Part shown: positions 51,214-59,245 of the stretch, one piece after another | Layout: each line of letters starts with the position of its first letter | Numbering within the stretch: the first letter of the stretch is position 1 | Origin: Eledone cirrhosa | Taxonomy: Eukaryota | Length of the DNA stretch: 64,000 bases | Assembly: GCA_964016885.1 (NCBI GenBank) | Contig: OZ024742.1 | Span: 229,152,001-229,216,000, forward strand | Direction: 5' to 3' | Position numbers and translations under genes: made by a program | The notes under the pieces: generated by a model | Databases searched by the model: none | What the model was told of the DNA's origin: nothing | Seen by the model: the letters and a program-made list of their open reading frames with translations, nothing else

Positions 51214-51386
51214 TACAGTGAAATTCCGTTATAACGAAACTCACGAGGGTATAAAAAGTTCGTTGTAAAGAGATCAACCGAAACAAATCGAGCGTTTGTT
51301 TGTTATTACTCAGGGGATTGAAAACAATTTCGTTATATTGAAAAATTCATTATAATGGTATTCTTTATAACGAAATTTTATCAGTA
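51214..51386. mobile_element. Degenerate pogo/Tigger-like (Tc1-mariner) MITE
   Basis: Begins TA-CAGTGAAATTCCGTTATAACG and ends TTATAACGAAATTTTATCAGTA. Internal TTCGTTAT-like subrepeats are typical of pogo-type TIRs. Confidence 0.55.
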
Positions 51387-51688
51387 ATAAATTTAGTTAT
51401 CTTGAAATTAAAATTTCGTTTGTCATCTGATCCATATTGTTGTAAGAAAAACAGATTTTCTTGGCTACTTGAGAACATTTCCCTCTCTTCCTGAGTTTCT
51501 TAGATATTTTAACGGTATTTCACTCGGTAACTGATATTTTGAATGATGCTTATACACCTTATAAATCCATCCATTGGCCTTTAACTCTTAATGAACTCGT
51601 AGAGGCACCGTTGTTATATATATAGCATTTCTTTGGAATTCACACCAGGAGGAGTCCATCAATCAACCGATTAAGTCCAGAAAAATAG

Positions 51689-51707
51689 GAGAGAGAGAGA
51701 GAGAGAG
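51689..51707. repeat. (GA)n microsatellite
   Basis: Direct reading. Confidence 0.95.
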
Positions 51708-51796
51708 GGGAATCGATTCCAGAATTGAACTGGTACTTTATTTAGTGACCTCATAAAGATAAAAGGTGAAGTTGATCTCGGCGGGATTTTAACTCA
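51705..51796 (-). mobile_element. tRNA-derived SINE, partial copy 1
   Basis: TGGTACTTTATTTAGTGACCTCATAAAGAT...CTCGGCGGGATTTTAACTCA, homologous to the copies at 51.9 and 52.1 kb. Confidence 0.75.
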
Positions 51797-51824
51797 ACAA
51801 TCAATATATGATCAGTGAAATAAT

Positions 51825-52040
51825 GTTTTCTGGTTTAGGCAAAAGGTCAACAACTTTGAGGAGGGGAAAGCCGATTAAATTGACCCTAGTGCGTTATGGT
51901 ACTTTATTTTATCGACTCCATAAAGATGAAATGCAGCGCTAACCTCGGTGGGATTTGAACTCAGAACGTAAAGGGCCTTTACTATATGCCGGAAAGCATA
52001 TTGTCTGATATTCTACCGTTTCAGCGAATGCACCACCCTT
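51825..52040 (-). mobile_element. tRNA-derived SINE, copy 2
   Basis: Minus strand has B-box-like GAGTTCAAATCCC (+ GGGATTTGAACTC ~51950-51962) followed by a central TTTCATCTTT...GTCGATAAAATAAAGTACC domain. Resembles an abundant octopus SINE (from recall). Confidence 0.8.
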
Positions 52041-52055
52041 ATTCAGTGAAATAAT

Positions 52056-52243
52056 GATTTCTAGTAAAGGCACAAGGCCAGTAATTTGGGAGAAGGGGCA
52101 AGTCAATTCTATCGACCCCAGCGTATTTCTGGTACTTTATTTTATCGACCTCGTAAAGATGAATGGCAAAATTAACCTCGGCGGGATTTGAACTCTAAAG
52201 CAAGGTGTCCGACGCTTTACCGATTCTGCCAATCCACTGCCCT
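52056..52243 (-). mobile_element. tRNA-derived SINE, copy 3 (internal deletion)
   Basis: Colinear with copy 2: GGCACAAGGCC...ATCGACCCCAG...TGGTACTTTATTTTATCGAC...GGGATTTGAACTC...CGATTCTGCC. Confidence 0.8.
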
Positions 52244-52800
52244 TATTCAGAGAAATAACACGATTAGGTTTGGTCGGTTATAACCGTTGATCCAAACCTA
52301 TTATTTTGAGACTAGAACTCTATTATGTGTTTTTAATCAGCAATAGCCAGTAGCAATTTCAAGGATTATACATTATATTTACATCATATTTAGAGAAGAT
52401 GATAATTTCTTGCTCAATTAATATTGTGCATAAAAGAAATAATCCGTACATCTCTGAGCAAGTGAGCTTTGTTCATTTACATCTTTAAGCTAACATTTCT
52501 TTAAAAATAACAACCTTCAAGTTTTAAATACAATTCAGTGAACCCTTTAATTTGGTTAAGTCGGTCTGTTTAGCACTATCGAAATTTAATGAATGCAACA
52601 CATTATACAGAAATTAGTATTTCGCTTACTATTCTATGCAGAGCCATCTTAGCTCCCCGAAGGGAAAACATTTTTTTTGCATCTAAATTAGTCTTTCTTT
52701 GTTTTTATTATTATTAAATAATCATTAAAATAATAGATACATAGTTATTATCGTTATCTTCATCAACCTCGTCATTAATCGTAGATTTGTGGCGTGTTGT

Positions 52801-52848
52801 CATTGCATTTCCGAGGTGCACAGTGTTGTGCACCTCGGAAATGCAATG
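52801..52848. repeat. Perfect 22-bp inverted repeat with 4-nt loop
   Basis: CATTGCATTTCCGAGGTGCACA-GTGT-TGTGCACCTCGGAAATGCAATG. Confidence 0.95.
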
Positions 52849-52864
52849 GAAACGTATGTGCAAT

Positions 52865-52963
52865 CTTCTTCTTCTTCTTCTTCTTCTTCTTCTTCTTCTT
52901 CTTCTTCTTCTTCTTCTTCTTCTTCTTCTTCTTCTTCTTCTTCTTCTTCTTCTTCTTCTTCTT
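52865..52963. repeat. (CTT)33 trinucleotide microsatellite
   Basis: Uninterrupted run; it explains the poly-K/L/S/F/E ORFs in the track. Confidence 0.98.
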
Positions 52964-53885
52964 TACACTTTTCATGTCTTTTTATAGTATGTACTTGAAA
53001 ACAAAATGCAAAGAAGAATATTTCGAAATAATATCCCGAGGCAATGTTTTGAGAAAACATTAACCAATATTCAGTATAACCTAAGGGGAGAGAATTGCAC
53101 GAAGATGGATCATATGAAACAAACCTTTGCTTAAGGACATCAATTTGCTCTTTTACGCTTGAGATAAAGTAAAAATACAAATGAACATCTCTAGCGAATT
53201 ATTTGGTTTGGGAAAGGCAAACATCATTAAACATTTATTGAAATTCCAAATGATAAATCAATCCTAATGCATTAATATCCCGCTATATTTATAAGAAATT
53301 CCATTCCAATATTCACTTGATTACAACTGCGGAAAGACTCATTCCGATTTTTAATCCTTTGAAATTTGTCTTCATGGAAACCCAAACAACAACAAGAAAA
53401 ACGGTATACAATAATTGATAAAGACAAATGAGACGTTCATTATCATTTTCTCGTGACCCCTAAATTTACGAGGAAATCAAGTCGTTAAATCAGCATTATT
53501 TTTAGCTGTTTTATTTCGTGTTCGGCGAAGAAGACTTTATTTCATTAATTAGTGAAATCATATTTAGAGCATTATTTAAAATGTTCATCAAATTATAATT
53601 TTCTCTCACCACTCTTTTCTCTGTTTTTTTTTTCTCTTCGTGTTTATTATTTTAATCCTTTATTCTTTTTCCATGTTCATTCCACATTTTATAGTTCTCA
53701 ATATATGAATGGATTTATAACAAATATGTGTGTTTGGGCATACGTGCGTGTATGCGTGTGTGTTAATGTTTGTGTGCCTATGCATGTACCTGTGCATTGG
53801 ATTTTATATTTTCCTGTAATTGAAACATGCACTTCTGCAAAAATAGTTTAGTGGGCAATTTACTGCCTCAGTAAGTTTACCAGAT

Positions 53886-53913
53886 ACTAGCTGACCCCAT
53901 GGAAATTCCACGG
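53886..53913 (-). mobile_element. Helitron-like 3' terminus
   Basis: Minus strand reads CCGTGGAATTTCCATGG (hairpin) GGTCAG CTAG|T, the canonical hairpin + CTAG + T end. The 5' end was not identified. Confidence 0.5.
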
Positions 53914-53994
53914 CATATTTAGGAATATCTACCATGTATTACAGACCAACTGGACATTTTAAATGCATTATTTATATGTCACACACACAAATAC

Positions 53995-54061
53995 AAACAT
54001 ATATACATACATATATACATATATACATACATTACATACATACATTACATACATACATACA
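53995..54061. repeat. Imperfect (TACA)n/(TA)n microsatellite
   Basis: Direct reading. Confidence 0.85.
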
Positions 54062-54294
54062 GGCTATTAAGTAAGTTAGACATGGCCTGGGCCAATACTG
54101 GCCACAACCTATCAAAGTTTATCATAGTTATATATATATATATAAAAGAAGAAATAGGATTTCGCTTCAAGCATAGCTTTATACAATATGTATAAATATT
54201 TCGTATCTCCAAAGAAATACAGTTTTAGGAAGCCGTAGCTATGCAAACACCGGGGGGGGCTAACGCCCTCTGGTGATGTCCAGCAGAAGCAAAG

Positions 54295-54347
54295 GGGACA
54301 ACCGTCTATGCATTTCAGGCTTAACTGGCCTTCGTCAGGACTGTCCC
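54295..54347 (-). ncRNA. Type I hammerhead ribozyme (HHR-A)
   Basis: Minus strand: GGGACA GTC CTGACGA AGGC CAGTTAA GCCT GAAA TGCA TA^GAC GGT TGTCCC. Intact core, 4-bp stem II, palindromic TGCA stem III, bulged stem I. Predicted cleavage between 54307 and 54306. Confidence 0.9.
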
Positions 54348-54387
54348 TCCCACCGCCTGCGACTGCTGGACTAGAAGACAGTGGAGC

Positions 54388-54436
54388 ATATATAATTTTC
54401 TCGTCTATGTAAAAAGCTGATTAATCTCATTTGCAT
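54388..54436 (-). promoter_or_regulatory. Putative internal snRNA-type promoter motifs (octamer + TATA)
   Basis: Perfect octamer ATTTGCAT at 54429-54436 and TTATATAT at 54388-54395 (minus), just upstream of the GC-rich structured domain starting ~54371. A PSE cannot be confirmed by eye. Confidence 0.35.
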
Positions 54437-54557
54437 ATGAAGCTGCATAAGTTGGCTCAACTTATAATAAATAAGAAATAGGATTTCGCTTCAAATATAT
54501 ATATATATATATATAAATTCAAAATATTAACAAAATAGATATACTTGTGATCAAGTG

Positions 54558-54625
54558 TATTTTATTATACATATTTCAGAGGTAACTGAGTTAAGTTCAA
54601 CAGTACGTCCTCATCAGATAAAATA
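54558..54625 (-). ncRNA. Type I hammerhead ribozyme (HHR-B)
   Basis: Minus strand: TATTTTAT CTGATGA GGACGTACTG..CAGTTACCTCT GAAA TATGTA TA^ATAAAATA. Perfect 8-bp stem I and long stem II. Confidence 0.88.
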
Positions 54626-56544
54626 ATATGATGCATGACATACCCTGACATAGTAGATGGTTAAGATTCAGTCATGGTAGTGAGTAATATATGACACAAC
54701 TCAATATTTATATCCCTTAATATTGAGAACATGAGAAAAATATATAATACATACAATAGAAAGGGTGCGTGTGAGACAGCATAAAAAAATAAATGGCATC
54801 AATATAACTGTTAAAAAATTTAAATTACTGAAGAATGAGGAAAGAAGGAAAGCATAGAGGAAGAAACAGCTGATGGGATAATATAGTTAGTAGGGGCCTC
54901 GAAAGACAAAAGAGAGTTGATTACAGAGCGAGAGAGACAAAGGGGAATAATTTATGTTCAAGTTTTTAGACAATTATCCATATATACAATATATATCTAA
55001 ACTTATTTGGTTGATCGTTAATATTCAAAATATTTAATTTAAGTTAGTTCAGAGTAATAAATAATATTTTAGGTTTTAAAAGTTAATAGGTATCTGTATA
55101 AATATTAAAGTATACTATCAAGTTTAATTTCTAAAATCAAATTTTATGAAATCAAATTTAAAGGATTTACAAACACGAGAAAGAAAACATAATGTTTTTA
55201 CAACCTCACGAGGGTAAACTTTACCAAAATTATTTATAATATTGACAACAGTTTATATAATATAATTTAGAAAATAATTACAGTTATAATTTTTAAAGTA
55301 TTTATGATTAACAATTTGAGTGCCTAAAGGATCAACAAGCCTTATAATTAAACTTAAAGAGGTCTGAATTTTAAATTACATATATGTGTTAATCAAAAAA
55401 ATATACAAAGATTATATTGTCTAAAGACTTAAGGTGATACCTTTCAAATATACATAACATAATACAATAATACAATATAGTAAATAAGTTACTGAAAATA
55501 TTGTTAAAAATTAATGTTTTAGATCAATTATTGTAAAAGGATCATTTAGTTGATATATACTATAAATATATAAGTCAAAACTACATGAGTCCTAACGATA
55601 AGGGCAAGATACAAAATAAATATAAAAATAAAAAGTGAAAAATAATGAATTGTTTGCGAAACTTAAAAATGCCCAATATTAAACATATAGTTTAAAATGT
55701 AAGAGGGTTTTAATATATAGTAGACAAAAGATACTTCTAAAATTTTCAGCGAATGTGATAGAAAGAGGAGCTAAAGACTTGAAAAAGCCGCAGGTAATCT
55801 AAATTTAATTAAAATAAATTAAATTATATTAAATTAAGTAATAATCATTATATAATTTCGAACATCCAGGGAATATCTAACACTTATAACAATAGAGAGT
55901 TATTTGAGTATCTGAATTATGTATAAATGTGACTACGAGCATGTTATTACATTAGATAAACATATTTGTACAACTATATAGAGAGAGTATTATAGGTATT
56001 AATGAGACGATATACATTTAATAAATAAATAATTACAATCATTATTAGTAATGCTATAATTGTATTTTTACCTCTAGTTCAGTGGAAAGAGAGACCAATA
56101 TTTGTCGACTAGTATGGTTTGTTATATTTATACCTAGATATATATAAAAAAATATATATGTGCAAATCTAACTTTCTGAGTCCCAAAATATACCCAGAAT
56201 GAGTAAAATATACAAATGCATGAAAGATCTACGGTTCAATTATAACCGGTAATCTTACAAGTTAAATATACAAATTATATATTTAAAACATATTATATAT
56301 TTAAAACATAAATAAAGATCCGAATCTAAATTATAAATATCTAAAATAATCCAAAGGTGTGCATATTTATCAAGAGAACAAATTACCAAATAATATGTTT
56401 ATATTCCTAAACAGGATCCTTCATTCTAACATTAATTCTATCATAAATGATTAGAAAATAAAGTATTATTAAAGTTTTATAAACTGTTATAACGTTTTAG
56501 GTCCAACAGTTGATAAGAGACGTCAAAAATTAAAGCCTGTTTGT

Positions 56545-58007
56545 TTAGTGTTTTTTCCTGACTTTTTGCGAGGCTTGGAATGTAGACAAAGCTTTATGAA
56601 GGCAGTTTGAGAATAATTCACTTTTTTTGTTAATTAAGTTTTCATAATTATTAATTATTTATAGGGTCTCCTTTGTGCAGAGGTTGCAGTTAGTTGATAA
56701 AGACGAGTTCGAGTAGATTTTACTATTACAAAGCTTCGTCCAAAAAATCGAGTATTTTTAATTTTTGTCTTTTAATGACCATATAAGTTGTGATAAAGAA
56801 GTCGAAGACTTCCTATTAAAATTCGAAAACGAGCATTTTGATTCGCAAAGCTCGATTTAAATGTCGAAGAAGTTGCCCCTGTGTAGTTGTATGTGTTGTT
56901 ATTTTTTTTAACGGTGCATTTATACACCAAATTTCTATCCAGACAATTATTTTGCAGAGGGCAATCTGGTTTATTTCTACAATTACATTTCGATTTATTA
57001 TTATTTATATTAACACTATTATTAACAGCATTATGCTGTTAATATTTAGTTTAGCGATGTTCTTAGTTGTAGAATAAGGGCCATATTCTTAGTTGTAGAA
57101 TAAGAAAGCTTAATTGTGTGTCTATTAAATATGGAACGGTATTTATGTTGACTATGGAAGGAATTATCTAAAGCCTTAAAGAATAGATTAGCTAGTGGTG
57201 TTCTTACTGCTACAGAAGCAGGGGGGCGGGGGGCAAACCATATAACTGATTTAGTTCTGGTTCTTTTCCCCGATTTATTCACAGTACATGTGTTTGAATT
57301 ATAATTTTTAGAATTTCGTTTATATATGCCAGTCATATTATTATTATTTTTATCAGGATTAAGATTCGGATTATTATTGTCTATATATTCTATATTATTT
57401 TTATAACCTGCCTTTCTTAGCGCATCATTGTAATATCCTGCTTTTTCATCAAATATTGATTTATTGGCAGATATTCTAGTTATGTGTTTCTGTACACTAT
57501 TGACAATTGCATTTTTCACAGATTTAGGGTGATTAGAGTAATAACTAACGTAATTTAAGTTTTCATTGGGCTTATGGAAAGGGTAATAAAAACAGAGTTT
57601 AAGTTAAGGGTAACATCGAGGAAATTAACTATTTTGGTACCACTTTCTACCTCTAATTTAAGGTCGTAATTTTTAAAGAATTCAATTATATTTTTCTTTA
57701 CCCTATTTAGTTCTGTATTGTTGTGTTTAACAACCGTAAATAAAATATCGTCCCTATATAAACCACCGGTAATCTCCCGCAGTTTTCTATTTATCCTATT
57801 TAAGATGAAAATCACAAGAAGATCTGTCACTTGCGCTGAGTCCGATGATCCCATGGTAATGTCGAAGTTTTTATTTCTATCTGGGCGGGTCCAATACTCA
57901 TTGTTGAAATTAATTAGAGTTCTTCTAGCAGTTAATATGATATCGATTTCATCCGTAGTTAGAACTGTATGTTTGTAAGCGTAGGATAAAGCCTTATTTA
58001 GTAGGGA
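56545..58007 (-). pseudogene. PLE reverse transcriptase + C-terminal GIY-YIG endonuclease, disrupted
   Basis: RT motifs FDITMGSSDSAQVTDL, GGLYRDD, VNFLDVTLNL, then YSNHP after a frameshift at ~57590, then IKLSYS. Manual translation below 57000: CNCRNKPDCPLQNNCL, NLVYKC..YNYTG (GIY-YIG), STSLSQLIWSLKD, CNLCTKE, NKKSELFSNCLH, stop at 56545-56547. Further frameshifts (~57070, ~56838) and two in-frame TAA codons. Confidence 0.92.
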
Positions 58008-58238
58008 ACGAAGAAAGGAATCCCCAGTCACTGAGGAGGTCACAGAGTGTGTGACGAAAGGACTATGACTATATATATAAACAACTATCTGGTTGTGGAA
58101 CCAACCAACCAACCAGAAATTTATAGGTTTGTAAATTTGTAAATTTGTAAATTTATAGGTTTATAAATATATAATAAATTGAAGTGAAAGCAACTGGTGC
58201 GTGTGTTTCTTATTCGCAACATGACCCTCCCAAAGTAT

Positions 58239-58242
<4 letters not shown>
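58008..58242 (+). mobile_element. HHR-bearing retroelement 3' fragment joined head-to-head to the PLE
   Basis: Starts where PLE protein similarity stops, contains HHR-C, AAATTTGT/AAATTTAT subrepeats and AATAAA, and ends at (TA)n 58243-58283. Confidence 0.55.
58026..58070 (+). ncRNA. Minimal type I hammerhead (HHR-C), variant or slightly decayed
   Basis: AGTCA CTGAGGA G GTCACA GAGTG TGTGAC GAAA GGAC TA^TGACT. 5-bp stem I and 6-bp stem II; one extra G after the core, and the GGAC tetramer is not palindromic. Confidence 0.7.
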
Positions 58243-58283
<41 letters not shown>

Positions 58284-58286
<3 letters not shown>

Positions 58287-58459
58287 CTATCCAAGGAAAA
58301 CTTGAACCGTTAAGGTATATTCTCCTTGGTTATGTCAAATTCTATAAAACACGCTTCGTATTTTATCTGATGATAGCGTACCAAAATGTTGGTACCCTTG
58401 AAATATATATAATACAATAAATATGGTATTATAAATATAGTTTTCATTTATTTAATATT

Positions 58460-58463
<4 letters not shown>
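58284..58463 (+). mobile_element. Short PLE 3'-end (pLTR-like) fragment in (TA)n
   Basis: ~180 bp between two (TA)n tracts (58243-58283, 58464-58514), carrying HHR-D related to HHR-B. Confidence 0.7.
58359..58419 (+). ncRNA. Type I hammerhead ribozyme (HHR-D)
   Basis: TATTTTAT CTGATGA TAGCGTACCA AAATGT TGGTACCCTT GAAA TATATA TA^ATACAATA. One stem I mismatch and a T.T pair at the base of stem II. Confidence 0.82.
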
Positions 58464-58511
<48 letters not shown>

Positions 58512-58554
58512 ATATTCATACAAACATATATATATATACATAGAATATAATCGC

Positions 58555-59005
58555 CACGATTTTAAAGAATTCCGAGTTGTTACTACGACCACCCGTACTA
58601 TCTCTTTGAGTGTGAGGGCTGGGCACTTACAGCTGACATAGATTGAAGAATTCAAGCATTCTAGCAAAGGTGCTTCAGAAGTCTGCCACGCATTCCGTAC
58701 TCAGAGAACAAGATAATCATTTTTGTGAGGTAGCATGTCAACACAACTTATATACTGGCAGTCAAAAACAACTCCTTGCGATTGTAAAAGTCTGGAAGTT
58801 CGCGTGGTAAAGCCACGTATCCCACGATATCTCCCCGCTTCAAGTCATAGTTGAGGGAGGACGAAGAAGAGGTAGATAAAGAATCCATGATATTTTACGC
58901 ATGATGGAGAATAGAGAACAGTAGCGACTGCTGACTACAAAAAAGTTCTAGTGTGGTACCCTGACGACTGGACGCATCAGTTGCGGAAACTCTATGATGA
59001 TGATG
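58555..59005 (+). mobile_element. Old RTE-clade LINE 3' remnant with (TGA)n tail
   Basis: Manual translation LFECEGWALTADID*RIQAF*QRCFRSL and later QVIVEGGRRRGR resembles the RTE YGCETW..RIQAFE..C.R / G.VEG.RRRGR C-terminus. Ends in ATGATGATGATG. Confidence 0.8.
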
Positions 59006-59129
59006 GTCGAGATATAAGGGACATGTTAACAATATAAAACGATATTATCATTTTCACCAGCAACACATAATGGAGAGAAAAGGAAATTAACGTTCATTTC
59101 AGTTAATAATGGATTTTGATTTAAGCCAA

Positions 59130-59245
59130 TACACTGGGAGTCGGGGAATGTCATTTAAATTAACCCTAGTGCGTTTTTCTCAATTTCGAAATCAACAAAA
59201 GCAAAAGCGTGATTCGAACTCAGAACGTAACTATATGCTGCAAAG
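59130..59245 (-). mobile_element. SINE (same family as 51.8-52.2 kb), left part, split by a LINE
   Basis: TTAACCCTAGTGCGT...ATTCGAACTCAGAACGTAA..CTATATGCTGCAAAG aligns to copy 2. Confidence 0.7.

Larger units (their letters stand above)
54144..54495 (-). mobile_element. Retrozyme-like non-autonomous element, 324-nt unit with 22-bp terminal redundancy, inserted in (TA)n
   Basis: AAGAAATAGGATTTCGCTTCAA at 54149-54170 and 54473-54494; (TA)n on both sides; internal hammerhead; no ORF. Confidence 0.8.
54516..58007 (-). mobile_element. 5'-truncated Penelope-like element (PLE) with ~2-kb AT-rich 3' region ending in an HHR and (TA)n
   Basis: RT-GIY-YIG remnant at 56545-58007, same-strand HHR at 54558-54625, end at the (TA)n at ~54496-54515. 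Continuity of the 3' region is inferred. Confidence 0.8.

Noticed and set aside
52775-53180. Poly-K/L/S/F/E ORFs
   Set aside because: Translations of the (CTT)n tract and the adjacent palindrome.
50985-53851. Short ORFs at 50985 and 53552
   Set aside because: Low-complexity, non-ATG starts, inside a MITE spacer or TG-rich DNA; no recognisable domain.
56650-56760. Recoded (selenocysteine) stops in the PLE
   Set aside because: The in-frame stops are TAA, not TGA, and accompany frameshifts, so this is ordinary decay.
56838-57978. Plus-strand ORFs 56838-57077 and 57718-57978
   Set aside because: Antisense shadows of the PLE coding region.
58008-58112. N-terminus of the 185-aa ORF as the real PLE start
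   Set aside because: It reads through the junction into the antisense of the HHR-C fragment; PLE similarity begins only at SLLNKAL.
58961-59000. CTGACGA...GAAA as a hammerhead
   Set aside because: Stem II does not close at the core and no stem I forms; it is the RTE 3' tail.
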